Shown here: positions 34,307 through 45,896 of the stretch, one piece after another | Layout: every line of letters begins with the position of its first letter | How positions within the stretch are numbered: position 1 is the first letter of the stretch | Assembly (NCBI RefSeq): GCF_003018255.1 | Contig: NZ_CP027440.1 | Origin: Escherichia coli | GTDB taxonomy: Bacteria; Pseudomonadota; Gammaproteobacteria; Enterobacterales; Enterobacteriaceae | Length of the DNA stretch: 64,000 nucleotides | Strand: one strand, 5' to 3' | Notes under the pieces: generated by a model | The model's input: the letters and a program-made list of their open reading frames with translations, nothing else | Told to the model about the DNA's origin: nothing | The model's database searches: none | Translations under genes and position numbers: made by a program

Positions 34307-35469
34307 TAAAGTTGTCCATTATGCGAAATAATGTTGCTAATTTCTTTTTCTATCGGAGTAGTATCGATAACTAAAGCCTTACTGGTATAAGCAGGCATGG
34401 AGGTCACGGTTGAAGCCAGCTCAGGCATCTCAGCAATGTCTTCGTCCTTCGTATCAATAGTTGCAGTCATCGATAAACCAATACGTAAGGGATGTTCCAT
34501 GAGTTCTTTTGGATCAAGAGAAACTTCAACCGGTACACGCTGAACGATTTTGATCCAGTTCCCTGTCGCATTTTGTGCAGGTAATAAGGAGAACGCATTG
34601 CCGGTTCCCATATTGATTCCTGTCACCCGACCATGAAACACAACATTTTCACCATAAAGATCGCTGATAATATTGACCGATTGACCAATCCGTACATCCG
34701 TGAGTTGTGTTTCTTTAAAGTTGGCATTAACCCACATTTGACGTGCCGGTACGACAGCCATTAACGATTGTCCGGGACTCACTGTTTCGCCGACCTGAAC
34801 ACTTCGCTGGGCAATATAGCCGGTAACAGGACTCTTAATATCCGTACGTTTAAGCGCTAACCAGGCTTCTTTGGTTGCATCTGCCGCTTCAACGACTTGT
34901 GGCTGACGGTTTAATGGTGTGTTCATTACTAAAGCTTTATTCGCTTTATAAGCCTGGATAGCGGCATTCAATGCCGCTTTGCTACTTATTAACGTATCTT
35001 TGGTATGCTCCAGCGTTTCTTTTGAAATAACCCCCTGCTTCGCTAAAGGCACACGACGGTTATAATCTTCTAAAGATTGTTGATACTGAATACGTGCTGA
35101 AGCGACTTCGGCACTGTATTGTTTATCCTGTAAGTACAGTTTATTCGTTTGCCGAACAATATTTGCCAGATTATTTTTAGCTTTATTGAGTGCGATAGTG
35201 GCATCAGTCTTATCCAGTGAGACTAAAATGTCACCCTGTCGAACGTAGTTCGTATCTTTATGATTAACGACAGTGACGCTGCCTGAAACTTGTGCAGAAA
35301 TTGGATCTGCATTCCCCGTGACATAGGCGTCATCTGTACTAATCATGTCTTCTAATTCCATTGACCAATAGGCATAGGCACCTGAAAACGCAATAAATAA
35401 AACTACCGCCAATAAAGAAAAGTATTTTCTTCTGTTAGAATGTTTTTTATTTGAATTAATCTGTTCCAC
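34306..35469 (-). CDS. emrK: Membrane fusion protein EmrK (EmrA paralogue)
   Basis: 387 aa ORF with N-terminal TM anchor and coiled-coil region; stop/start overlap with emrY. Confidence 0.93.
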   Translation of the reverse strand: MEQINSNKKHSNRRKYFSLLAVVLFIAFSGAYAYWSMELEDMISTDDAYVTGNADPISAQVSGSVTVVNHKDTNYVRQGDILVSLDKTDATIALNKAKNNLANIVRQTNKLYLQDKQYSAEVASARIQYQQSLEDYNRRVPLAKQGVISKETLEHTKDTLISSKAALNAAIQAYKANKALVMNTPLNRQPQVVEAADATKEAWLALKRTDIKSPVTGYIAQRSVQVGETVSPGQSLMAVVPARQMWVNANFKETQLTDVRIGQSVNIISDLYGENVVFHGRVTGINMGTGNAFSLLPAQNATGNWIKIVQRVPVEVSLDPKELMEHPLRIGLSMTATIDTKDEDIAEMPELASTVTSMPAYTSKALVIDTTPIEKEISNIISHNGQL

Positions 35470-35642
35470 TTTTATCTCTCATTTCGCATAGATGAAATTT
35501 ATGAATTGAATGAAAAGAGTATTCATTCTTCATATCAAACACAGTGCATGTGTTGCACATTATCCCAGGAACGTTGGAGGCCTAATTTAAATGAGGTGCA
35601 AAAAAAACAACAGAGGACTAAACCGTGGCTTTTGCAATACAA

Positions 35643-35660
35643 TTCTTACGCATGTAGGAT
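35643..35660. promoter_or_regulatory. 18-bp EvgA-box-like inverted repeat TTCTTACG-CA-TGTAGGAT in emrK-evgA divergent region
   Basis: Matches the TTCYTACA-NN-TGTARGAA pattern shared by three other sites in this window. Confidence 0.5.
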
Positions 35661-35884
35661 TAGTGAGAAGACTTATAGTGCTAATGTGAAACTATAAATC
35701 ATCGGTACAATCCCTGATTTTATTGTTGACATTTCATTTATGCCGACTATTTATATGGTATACTTGTTGAATTATCTTAAAGGAAGCTCAAATTTTCTTA
35801 TTTTGATTGAGAAAATGAGATGATGCCTTATGTCTGTATTACTACAGGGAGAAGGGAAATGCTTCATTGCAAAGGGAATAATCT

Positions 35885-36499
35885 ATGAACGCAATAATTA
35901 TTGATGACCATCCTCTTGCTATCGCAGCAATTCGTAATTTATTGATCAAAAACGATATTGAAATCTTAGCGGAGTTGACTGAAGGGGGAAGTGCCGTTCA
36001 GCGGGTGGAAACACTTAAACCTGATATCGTCATCATTGATGTCGATATCCCCGGAGTTAACGGTATCCAGGTGTTAGAAACGCTGAGGAAGCGCCAATAT
36101 AGCGGAATTATTATTATCGTCTCCGCTAAAAATGACCATTTTTACGGGAAACATTGTGCTGATGCTGGCGCTAATGGTTTCGTGAGTAAAAAAGAAGGCA
36201 TGAACAATATCATTGCAGCTATTGAAGCTGCAAAAAATGGCTACTGCTATTTCCCCTTCTCTCTCAACCGGTTTGTTGGAAGTTTAACGTCCGACCAGCA
36301 AAAACTCGACTCCTTATCGAAACAAGAAATTAGTGTCATGCGGTATATTCTTGATGGCAAGGATAATAATGACATTGCTGAAAAAATGTTCATCAGCAAC
36401 AAAACTGTCAGCACTTATAAAAGTCGCTTGATGGAAAAATTAGAATGCAAATCACTGATGGATCTTTACACATTCGCACAACGTAACAAAATCGGCTAA
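35885..36499 (+). CDS. evgA: Response regulator EvgA (NarL/FixJ family)
   Basis: 204 aa ORF, receiver domain plus LuxR-type HTH. Confidence 0.95.
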   Translation: MNAIIIDDHPLAIAAIRNLLIKNDIEILAELTEGGSAVQRVETLKPDIVIIDVDIPGVNGIQVLETLRKRQYSGIIIIVSAKNDHFYGKHCADAGANGFVSKKEGMNNIIAAIEAAKNGYCYFPFSLNRFVGSLTSDQQKLDSLSKQEISVMRYILDGKDNNDIAEKMFISNKTVSTYKSRLMEKLECKSLMDLYTFAQRNKIG

Positions 36500-36503
36500 C
36501 CAC

Positions 36504-39500
36504 ATGAAGTTTTTACCCTATATTTTTCTTCTCTGTTGTGGTCTTTGGTCGACCATAAGTTTCGCAGACGGAGATTACATCGAATATCGTGGCATCAGTA
36601 GTAACAACCGTGTCACACTTGATCCACTACGTCTGAGCAACAAGGAATTACGTTGGCTCGCGAGCAAAAAAAATCTTGTGATTGCAGTACACAAGTCCCA
36701 AACAGCTACGTTGTTGCATACCGATTCGCAGCAACGGATTCGTGGTATTAATGCTGATTATTTAAATCTTTTAAAAAGAGCGTTAAATATCAAATTAACA
36801 CTCCGGGAATACGCAGATCATCAAAAAGCAATGGACGCGCTGGAAGACGGTGAAGTTGATATAGTGTTATCACATTTAGTTGCTTCGCCGCCTCTTAATG
36901 ATGACATTGCTGCAACCAATCCTCTGATAATTACCTTTCCGGCGCTGGTCACTACCCTTCACGATTCAATGCGACCGCTTACCTCATCAAAACCAGTAAA
37001 TATTGCTCGAGTAGCAAATTATCCCCCAGACGAGGTAATTCATCAATCATTTCCAAAAGCAACAATTATCTCTTTTACAAATTTATATCAGGCATTAGCA
37101 TCCGTCTCAGCCGGACAGAATGATTACTTTATTGGTAGTAACATCATTACCAGCAGTATGATTTCCCGTTATTTTACTCACTCCTTAAATGTAGTGAAGT
37201 ATTATAACTCACCGCGTCAATATAACTTTTTATTAACCAGAAAAGATTCTATCGTTCTTAATGAAGTACTCAATCGATTTGTTGATGCTTTAACAAATGA
37301 AGTTCGCTATGAAGTATCACAAAATTGGCTTGATACAGGAAATCTGGCCTTTCTGAACAAACCATTAGAACTCACTGAACATGAAAAACAGTGGATTAAG
37401 CAGCATCCCGATTTAAAGGTGCTAGAAAATCCTTACTCGCCACCCTATTCTATGACAGATGAAACTGGCTCAGTTCGGGGCGTGATGGGTGATATTCTTA
37501 ATATTATTACCTTGCAAACAGGTTTAAATTTTTCTCCGATCACCGTTTCACACAATATTCATGCTGGGACACAGCTTAACCCCGGTGGATGGGATATATT
37601 GCCCGCCGCTATTTATAGTGAAGATCGAGAAAATAATGTTTCATTTGCTGAAGCCTTCATAACAACGCCTTACGTTTTTGTCATGCAAAAAGCGCCTGAC
37701 AGTGAACAAACATTAAAAAAAGGAATGAAAGTTGCCATTCCCTATTATTATGAGCTTCATTCGCAATTAAAAGAGATGTATCCGGAGGTAGAGTGGATAA
37801 AAGTCGATAACGCCAGCGCTGCATTTCACAAGGTTAAAGAAGGTGAACTTGATGCTCTGGTCGCGACACAGTTAAATTCGCGTTACATGATCGACCATTA
37901 CTATCCTAATGAACTTTATCATTTTCTTATTCCCGGCGTTCAGAATGCATCACTTTCGTTCGCTTTTCCTCGCGGAGAACCGGAACTTAAGGATATTATT
38001 AATAAAGCACTGAATGCAATTCCCCCAAGCGAAGTTCTGCGCCTGACCGAAAAATGGATTAAAATGCCCAATGTGACCATTGACACATGGGACCTCTATA
38101 GCGAGCAATTTTATATTGTTACGACATTATCCGTTTTATTAGTTGGCAGTAGCCTTTTATGGGGATTCTACCTGTTACGCTCAGTTCGTCGTCGTAAAGT
38201 TATTCAGGGTGATTTAGAAAACCAAATATCATTCCGGAAAGCGCTCTCGGATTCCTTACCGAATCCAACTTATGTTGTAAACTGGCAAGGTAATGTCATT
38301 AGTCACAATAGTGCATTTGAACATTATTTCACTGCTGATTACTATAAAAATGCAATGTTACCATTAGAAAACAGTGAATCCCCCTTTAAAGATGTTTTTT
38401 CTAATACGCATGAAGTCACAGCAGAAACGAAAGAAAACCGAACAATATACACACAGGTATTTGAAATTGATAATGGCATCGAGAAAAGATGCATTAATCA
38501 CTGGCATACCTTATGTAATCTGCCAGCAAGCGAACATGCTGTTTATATTTGTGGTTGGCAAGATATTACCGAGACGCGTGATTTAATTCATGCACTCGAA
38601 GTAGAGAGAAATAAAGCGATCAATGCAACTGTCGCAAAAAGCCAGTTTCTGGCAACAATGAGTCACGAAATAAGAACACCAATAAGCTCCATTATGGGCT
38701 TCCTGGAACTTCTGTCGGGTTCTGGTCTTAGCAAGGAACAACGGGTGGAGGCGATTTCACTTGCCTACGCCACCGGACAATCACTCCTCGGCTTAATTGG
38801 TGAAATCCTTGATGTCGACAAAATTGAATCGGGTAACTATCAACTTCAACCACAATGGGTCGATATCCCTACTTTAGTCCAGAACACTTGTCACTCTTTC
38901 GGTGCGATTGCTGCAAGCAAATCGATCGCATTAAGTTGCAGCAGTACGCTTCCTGAACGCTACCTGGTTAAGATCGACCCTCAGGCGTTTAAGCAGGTCT
39001 TATCTAATTTACTGAGTAATGCTCTCAAATTTACTACCGAGGGGGCAGTAAAAATTACGACCTCCCTGGGTCACATTGATGACAACCACGCTGTTATCAA
39101 AATGACGATTATGGATTCTGGAAGTGGATTATCGCAGGAAGAACAACAACAACTGTTTAAACGCTATAGCCAAACAAGTGCAGGTCGTCAGCAAACAGGT
39201 TCTGGTTTAGGCTTAATGATCTGCAAAGAATTAATTAAAAACATGCAGGGCGATTTGTCATTAGAAAGTCATCCAGGCATAGGAACGATATTTACGATCA
39301 CAATCCCGGTAGAAATTACCCAACAAGTGGCGGCTGTCGAGGCAAAAGCAGAACAACCTATAACACTACCTGAAAAGTTGAGCATATTAATCGCGGATGA
39401 TCATCCGACCAACAGGCTATTACTCAAACGCCAGCTAAATCTATTAGGATATGATGTTGATGAAGCCACTGATGGTGTGCAAGCGCTACACAAAGTCAGT

Positions 39501-40097
39501 ATGCAACATTATGATCTGCTTATTACTGACGTTAATATGCCGAATATGGATGGTTTTGAGTTGACTCGCAAACTCCGAGAGCAAAATTCTTCCTTACCCA
39601 TCTGGGGGCTTACAGCCAACGCACAGGCTAACGAACGTGAAAAAGGGTTAAATTGCGGCATGAACTTATGTTTGTTCAAACCGTTGACTCTGGATGTACT
39701 GAAAACACATTTAAGTCAGTTACACCAGGTTGCGCATATTGCACCTCAGTATCGCCACCTTGATATCGAGGCCCTGAAGAATAATACGGCGAATGATCTA
39801 CAACTGATGCAGGAGATTCTCATGACTTTCCAGCATGAAACGCATAAAGATCTACCCGCTGCGTTTCATGCACTAGAAGCTGGCGATAACAGAACTTTCC
39901 ATCAGTGTATTCATCGCATCCACGGTGCGGCTAACATCCTGAATTTGCAAAAGTTGATTAATATTAGCCACCAGTTAGAAATAACACCTGTTTCAGATGA
40001 CAGTAAGCCTGAAATTCTTCAGTTGCTGAACTCTGTAAAAGAACACATTGCAGAGCTGGACCAGGAGATTACTGTTTTCTGTCAGCAAAATGACTAA
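36504..40097 (+). CDS. evgS: Hybrid sensor histidine kinase EvgS (BvgS-like, periplasmic Venus-flytrap domains, HK, receiver, HPt)
   Basis: 1197 aa ORF, H-box (MSHEIRTP), receiver and HPt regions recognisable. Confidence 0.95.
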   Translation: MKFLPYIFLLCCGLWSTISFADGDYIEYRGISSNNRVTLDPLRLSNKELRWLASKKNLVIAVHKSQTATLLHTDSQQRIRGINADYLNLLKRALNIKLTLREYADHQKAMDALEDGEVDIVLSHLVASPPLNDDIAATNPLIITFPALVTTLHDSMRPLTSSKPVNIARVANYPPDEVIHQSFPKATIISFTNLYQALASVSAGQNDYFIGSNIITSSMISRYFTHSLNVVKYYNSPRQYNFLLTRKDSIVLNEVLNRFVDALTNEVRYEVSQNWLDTGNLAFLNKPLELTEHEKQWIKQHPDLKVLENPYSPPYSMTDETGSVRGVMGDILNIITLQTGLNFSPITVSHNIHAGTQLNPGGWDILPAAIYSEDRENNVSFAEAFITTPYVFVMQKAPDSEQTLKKGMKVAIPYYYELHSQLKEMYPEVEWIKVDNASAAFHKVKEGELDALVATQLNSRYMIDHYYPNELYHFLIPGVQNASLSFAFPRGEPELKDIINKALNAIPPSEVLRLTEKWIKMPNVTIDTWDLYSEQFYIVTTLSVLLVGSSLLWGFYLLRSVRRRKVIQGDLENQISFRKALSDSLPNPTYVVNWQGNVISHNSAFEHYFTADYYKNAMLPLENSESPFKDVFSNTHEVTAETKENRTIYTQVFEIDNGIEKRCINHWHTLCNLPASEHAVYICGWQDITETRDLIHALEVERNKAINATVAKSQFLATMSHEIRTPISSIMGFLELLSGSGLSKEQRVEAISLAYATGQSLLGLIGEILDVDKIESGNYQLQPQWVDIPTLVQNTCHSFGAIAASKSIALSCSSTLPERYLVKIDPQAFKQVLSNLLSNALKFTTEGAVKITTSLGHIDDNHAVIKMTIMDSGSGLSQEEQQQLFKRYSQTSAGRQQTGSGLGLMICKELIKNMQGDLSLESHPGIGTIFTITIPVEITQQVAAVEAKAEQPITLPEKLSILIADDHPTNRLLLKRQLNLLGYDVDEATDGVQALHKVSMQHYDLLITDVNMPNMDGFELTRKLREQNSSLPIWGLTANAQANEREKGLNCGMNLCLFKPLTLDVLKTHLSQLHQVAHIAPQYRHLDIEALKNNTANDLQLMQEILMTFQHETHKDLPAAFHALEAGDNRTFHQCIHRIHGAANILNLQKLINISHQLEITPVSDDSKPEILQLLNSVKEHIAELDQEITVFCQQND

Positions 40098-40099
40098 AT

Positions 40100-40135
40100 A
40101 GCGGCTCCCACAATGTTCAAATGTGGGAGCTATTT
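40100..40135. terminator. Bidirectional hairpin terminator between convergent evgS and yfdE
   Basis: Perfect 9-bp stem GCTCCCACA/TGTGGGAGC with 9-nt loop, T-rich downstream. Confidence 0.55.
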
Positions 40136-40152
40136 ACCAGCACATCTTACAT

Positions 40153-41298
40153 TTATGATGAGAACTCCTGGCGAATTTGTTCCCCATGCTGGTCGAGCGT
40201 TGCCGCTCCCGGCATAACATGCGGGTCCGCGCAGCCGCTGATTTTTATCGGATTCCCCGGCATCATTATTCCCCCGGCTTCAATCAACATATTTCTCGCC
40301 TGAGTTTGTGGCAAATTAATGGCCTCAGCCACACTTAATAACGGCGCGACGGGTACACCAACTTCATGTATTCTGGCTAACCAAACTTCAGCTGCCTGCG
40401 TTTTTAACGTCCGCTCAATATATTGTTTAAGAATAGCCTGGTTTTGTACGCGTAAAATATTGCTGCTAAATCTGGGATCATTAACCAGTTCCGTAAGCTC
40501 CAGTGCCTGGCATAACGCAGAAAAAAGCTTGTCATTACCACAACAAATCGTAATCGGCTTATCCTGAGTATCGAAAACATCAAAAGGTGCCATGTAGGGA
40601 TGGCGATTTCCCAGGCGTTGTGGTGACTTCCCTGTCGCAATATATGCCATCAGACCATGCTCCAGAAAACTCAGCGTGGCATCAAACATCGCTATATCGA
40701 CATGCGCCCCTCTTTGGCTCTTTTCGCGGCCATAAAGTGCACTCACTATTCCGCTGAATAAATAGACACCGCCGCATAGATCCGCAAGAGAGGTACCCAC
40801 GCGCACTGGCGGAGCATCAGGGTATCCTGTTTCCATCATTATCCCGCTCATTGCCTGAATGATGGTATCGTAGGCAGGAGCATCTTTTAGCGGACCGGTA
40901 TGTCCGAAACCTGACGATGAAGCATATATAAGGCGCGGGTTGATTTCTTGTAACCTTTCCCATGAAAACCCGAGTTTTTCCATTGTACCTGGGCGAAAAT
41001 TCTCAGCTAATACATCCGCTTGTTTAAGCATATTTATAAATATACTTTTATCGTGATCATTCTTTAAATCAAGAACCACACTCTCTTTGCCATGATTAAT
41101 AAAACTGTAATAGAGTGACTGTCCATCCACATAGGGACCAAATGTGCGGGTATCATCACCATGACCCGGCGGCTCAACTTTAATTACCCTTGCGCCCATA
41201 TTACAAAGAAGTTGAGTTCCGAAAGGCCCATTAAGGACATGCGTCATATCGATAACTAATAAGCCTTCAAACGGCCCTTTGCATTCATTATTTGTCAT
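40153..41298 (-). CDS. yfdE: Acetyl-CoA:oxalate CoA-transferase (family III CoA-transferase)
   Basis: ORF 40153-41337; start placed at MTNNECKGPF giving 381 aa. Confidence 0.9.
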   Translation of the reverse strand: MTNNECKGPFEGLLVIDMTHVLNGPFGTQLLCNMGARVIKVEPPGHGDDTRTFGPYVDGQSLYYSFINHGKESVVLDLKNDHDKSIFINMLKQADVLAENFRPGTMEKLGFSWERLQEINPRLIYASSSGFGHTGPLKDAPAYDTIIQAMSGIMMETGYPDAPPVRVGTSLADLCGGVYLFSGIVSALYGREKSQRGAHVDIAMFDATLSFLEHGLMAYIATGKSPQRLGNRHPYMAPFDVFDTQDKPITICCGNDKLFSALCQALELTELVNDPRFSSNILRVQNQAILKQYIERTLKTQAAEVWLARIHEVGVPVAPLLSVAEAINLPQTQARNMLIEAGGIMMPGNPIKISGCADPHVMPGAATLDQHGEQIRQEFSS

Positions 41299-41371
41299 TT
41301 GCTTATGCCTTGAAAAAAGCCGAAGGTGAAAAGACACTTCGGCATTTATGTAAAATCAATAACATGATTAA

Positions 41372-42316
41372 TTATGAAACCAGTCGACTGACATAAATCC
41401 ACAAAGGAGCCGTGACGACAAAACCCAGTACGCTCACAGCCAATGACGCTGTACCAGTGCGGGTGTAGACATTAAACCGGCTGGCAATAATGATTCCGGA
41501 GAATGCCGGCGGTAAGGCGCCTGCCAGTACCATCATCTGCAAATGTTCGCTGTTCAAATGACATGCCATACCAACGAGAAGCAGCGCCAGTGGCATCAGA
41601 ATCAGCTTCAGGAAGGTGTTATAAGCAATTTCGGCACTGAACTCGAATTTATGTGCAGCCAGAGTCAACCCCGCAGCGAATACCGCTACCCCTGAGTTAG
41701 CCTTCGCAATCAGATTAAAGGTTGGGTCCCATGCTGCCGGAATTTTTACCCCAACCAACACCAGGATCGTTGCCAGAACAGGTGCCCATACTACTGGCTC
41801 CTTTGCCGCAGAAATTAATGCGCTCAGATTACTATTCTTCTTACCATCCGCTCCTGAGGAAGGATTCAGCAAATACAGACCAATAGGAATAGTAATTGCA
41901 TTAACAATAATAGAAATAATTGCTACCACTAAACCTGTTGATACGGAATCACCATAAATAGGATCGAGAACTGCAAATCCCAGGAATCCAATGGTAGGTG
42001 AACCTGCAATTAATGCACATACTGCTGCTTCTGCATGAGTACGTTTAAAAAATTTGTAGCAACCGAACCAGGAGAAAAAGAAACATCCGACAATAACCAC
42101 AAGTGATACAAGGGTCAGACGAGTGTCCGCAAAAATCATTTCCCTGTTTGCCCGGGTAATAGATACAAATAGAGCTGCAGGAAGAGCGTAGTTTAATACC
42201 AGTTTATTAAATGCCCGGGCTTGATCTTCTGAAAAAGTTTCTCGTCTGCCGCTAAAATAACCCAACAGCATGATTACGATAATAGGCAATAAATCGCCAA
42301 TAAAAAATGTTAGCAT
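41372..42316 (-). CDS. yfdV: AEC-family membrane transporter YfdV
   Basis: 314 aa hydrophobic ORF; synteny in oxalate catabolic cluster. Confidence 0.9.
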
Positions 42317-42385
42317 AATAGTATTTCCGATAAGGGTCCCCTCACCATCGCATAATGAGTTGGCAAGAGGAGACGATGTCAGTAT

Positions 42386-44080
42386 TTAATTACCAGCGAC
42401 TTGTTTTGGGTTAAGTTTGGTAATATGGCCACTTTCAGTTCCTGCTGCAGGGTCGATGACCACATTAATAATGGTCGGTTTGCGCGACTGAATACCGGTG
42501 GTTAAAGCATGACGAAGTTCATCTGTCGTAGTGACGTTATAGCCAACGCCACGAAACGCATCCATTAATTTGTCATACCTTGCATGGTGCAGCAGATCCG
42601 TTGGTGATGGTGCACCAGCGCCGCTGAGATCAACACCGTCTCCTCTGTAGATGCCGCCATTATTAAAAATAACGATCGTCACCGGCAGGTTATATCGACA
42701 AATCGTTTCAATTTCCATCCCACTGAAACCAAAAGCACTATCACCTTCAATGGCAACAACCGGAGAACCAGAGGTCACGCTAGCACCGATGGCATAGCCC
42801 ATACCGATGCCCATGACACCCCAGGTGCCACAATCCAGACGACGACGTGGTTTATACATATCAATAATATTTCGTGCATTATCCAGGGTATTTGCCCCTT
42901 CATTAACTAAATAAATATCCTGGTTCTCGCGCAATACGTCGCGCACAGCACTTAATGCATTAAAGTAATTTAATGGTTGAGTATCTGTGCTTAACTTTTC
43001 ATGCATTTTTTGTGCATTTTGCTGCTTGTGGATATTTAAAATATCGCGCCATACCAGTGGAGTCGTAAATGTGTTTTGTTTCAGTTCTGCCAGCATACCT
43101 TGCATACTGGATGCAATATCGCCAACGACTGGCACAGCAATGGGGCGGTTGCTGTCAATTTCCTGCGGTTCAATATCCAGTTGAATAAACTGTGTATCTG
43201 CCGCCCATCCTTTTTTACCGTGTGCCAGTAACCAATTCAGTCGTGCACCAACAAGCATGACAACGTCAGCATTTGCCAGGGCAAACGAACGCGCAGCCGC
43301 CGCAGAAAGTGGATGCGTATCTTCGAGGATCCCTTTCGCCATAGACATTGGCAGGAATGGAATCTGGGCACTTTCAATAAATTCACGAAGCTGTTCATCC
43401 GCTTGTGAATACGCCGCGCCTTTGCCAAGGATAACTAATGGTCGTTCAGCTTTTGCTAATAGCGAAATTGCGCTAGCGACTGACTTCGGGCATGGCAATA
43501 ATGCTGGCGACGGATTTTCAACTTTTACAATCGTGGTTAACGCTTCGTCTTTTTCCATCGTCGCGGCCAGGACATTTGCTGGCAAATCAAGATAAACTCC
43601 GCCAGGGCGACCCGATACTGAGACCCGGATAGCGCGTGCCAATGCAATGCCAAGATCCTGCGGCTGATTAACGCGGAATGCTGCTTTGGCATACGGTTTT
43701 GCCGCATTCATTTGGTCCAGCTCTTCATAATCACCTTGCTGTAGGTCGACGATCGCGCGGTCGCTGGAGCCGCTAATCATGATCATCGGAAAACCATTTA
43801 CCGTTGCGTTGGCCAATGCGGTCAAACCATTGAGGAATCCTGGCGCAGAAACTGTCAGGCAGATCCCCGGTTTTTGGGTAAGAAAACCGCTTGCCGCAGC
43901 GGCATAGCCTGCCGACTGCTCATGACGAAAACCAATATAACGAATGCCTTCCGCCTGGGCATGGCGCGCCATATCCGTCACAGGAATACCTACAACACCA
44001 TAAATAGTGTCAATACCATTCTGTTTTAATGCTTCAACGATGATATGCATACCATCTGTCATTTGAAGTTGATCTGACAT
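42386..44080 (-). CDS. oxc: Oxalyl-CoA decarboxylase (ThDP-dependent)
   Basis: 564 aa ORF with ThDP-binding motif region. Confidence 0.95.
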   Translation of the reverse strand: MSDQLQMTDGMHIIVEALKQNGIDTIYGVVGIPVTDMARHAQAEGIRYIGFRHEQSAGYAAAASGFLTQKPGICLTVSAPGFLNGLTALANATVNGFPMIMISGSSDRAIVDLQQGDYEELDQMNAAKPYAKAAFRVNQPQDLGIALARAIRVSVSGRPGGVYLDLPANVLAATMEKDEALTTIVKVENPSPALLPCPKSVASAISLLAKAERPLVILGKGAAYSQADEQLREFIESAQIPFLPMSMAKGILEDTHPLSAAAARSFALANADVVMLVGARLNWLLAHGKKGWAADTQFIQLDIEPQEIDSNRPIAVPVVGDIASSMQGMLAELKQNTFTTPLVWRDILNIHKQQNAQKMHEKLSTDTQPLNYFNALSAVRDVLRENQDIYLVNEGANTLDNARNIIDMYKPRRRLDCGTWGVMGIGMGYAIGASVTSGSPVVAIEGDSAFGFSGMEIETICRYNLPVTIVIFNNGGIYRGDGVDLSGAGAPSPTDLLHHARYDKLMDAFRGVGYNVTTTDELRHALTTGIQSRKPTIINVVIDPAAGTESGHITKLNPKQVAGN

Positions 44081-44133
44081 GATTAATAACCTCGAAATTT
44101 TTATAAATTGGGAGCCAGAAGCCCCCGTTAATA

Positions 44134-45384
44134 TCAGATGGCGTGGTTTTGCTTCATTGCAGCAATTTCATCGTCGCTATAACCCAGCTCCTGCAATACA
44201 GCAGCGGTATGCTCACCTAATAGCGGCGCAGCTTTAATATCCGGCGTAAAGGCAGAGAATTTCATTGGACAACCAACGGTCAGATATTTTCCACGCAACG
44301 GTTGTTCCACTTCGACAACACTACCACTTTGGCGCAAAGAGGGATCAAGTGAAATTTCTTTCATACTTAAAACCGGTGCACAAGGAATATCAAACTGAGT
44401 CAAATAGGCCACCGCTTCATGTTTATCAATAGTGACAGTGTATTTTTCGATTTCAGCAAAAATATCGAAAATATGTGGCTGTCGGGCATGGGCTGTACTG
44501 TATGCCGGATCGGTAATCCATTCTGGTTTGCCGATGGCTTTACAGGTGTTTTCCCAGTTTTGCTCCTGAATAGTGAAATAAATATAGGCGTTAGGATCGG
44601 TTTCCCAGCCTTTACATTTCAGGATCCAGCCAGGCTGACCGCCACCACCCGCATTACCACCGCGGGGAACTGCATCACCAAATGTGCCATTCGGATACTG
44701 CGGGTATTCTTCCAGATACCCCAACTTATCGAGACGCTGCTGGTCGCGTAATTTCACGCGGCAAAGGTTCAACACGGCATCCTGCATTGACATGGTGACT
44801 CGTTGCCCACGCCCCGTTTTTTCGCGATGCAGCAAAGCAGCAAGTAAACCGATCAGCAAATGCATTCCGGTGTTGCTGTCACCCAACGCTGCAGCGCTTA
44901 CCAGCGGCGGACCGTCCCAAAAACCTGTAGTAGATGCCGCGCCACCCGCTGCCTGAGCAACGTTTTCATAGGCTTTTACATTCACATAAGGCGAACACTC
45001 ATCAAACCCTTTGATCGAACCAAAAATCAGACGTGGATTGATTTCTTGAATATGCTCCCAGGTGAAGCCCATATGATCAATGGCCCCTGGATGAAAGTTC
45101 TCGACTAAGATATCAGCTTCGCGGATCAGCTTTTCCATTACCTCTTTGCCTTCCGCTGTTTTGGTATTTAATTCAATAGAACGTTTGTTACTGTTAAGCA
45201 TGGTGAAGTAAAGCGCATCGATATCAGGAATATCTCGCAGCTGGTGGCGCGTTACGTCACCAACGCCGGGACGTTCAATTTTAATGACGTCAGCGCCAAA
45301 CCAGGCCAGCATCTGAGTACAAGATGGGCCAGATTGCACACCAGTGAAATCGAGAACTTTAATTCCTTGAAGTGGAGTTGACAT
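44134..45384 (-). CDS. frc: Formyl-CoA:oxalate CoA-transferase
   Basis: 416 aa ORF, family III CoA-transferase, recognised sequence. Confidence 0.95.
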
Positions 45385-45636
45385 AGCAATACCTATTAGT
45401 TAATTAAATATATGTTAATTTAGCGTTTATTTAAGGCATAATGCTCTCTATAAATAATCCGCAAAATATCGTCGTAGCTGCACTCGATATTTTTAAATTC
45501 CTGTATCAAGTGCTGATAATCATTTCATCGCCACTTCCAATTCCTTTCTGCATGGTAAGTAGTGAGGACGAAAAGAAGAATATGATAAATATTGGTTCGC
45601 GGTAATCAGAGAGGGCCGCGACATTTGTGATGTTAT

Positions 45637-45654
45637 TCTTACAACTGTAAGAAG
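45637..45654. promoter_or_regulatory. 18-bp EvgA-box-like inverted repeat TTCTTACA-AC-TGTAAGAA upstream of frc
   Basis: Near-perfect palindrome about 250 bp upstream of frc start; best match to the shared pattern. Confidence 0.55.
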
Positions 45655-45804
45655 CGCCGGTGATGTACAAGTAAGGGTATGATTACGCTTTTTAAAGCGT
45701 ACCATAAAACATAACATAATAAATGATTTATGATGACACGGGATTATTGCGGTTTACTTTGAAGAATATAAAATGCGAGTTTATAGCACCGCGAGCGCCA
45801 AATA

Positions 45805-45846
45805 ATTTTATGGCCACAACCTGTCGTATTGTGGCCATAAAAAATT
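45805..45846 (-). terminator. Hairpin terminator downstream of yfdX
   Basis: Perfect 10-bp stem ATGGCCACAA/TTGTGGCCAT with 9-nt loop, flanked by T-run and A-run. Confidence 0.55.
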
Positions 45847-45896
45847 GTCGGCTGGAGGGAGTAAAATCCTTTACCTCAATATATTGCCTGTCAGCT

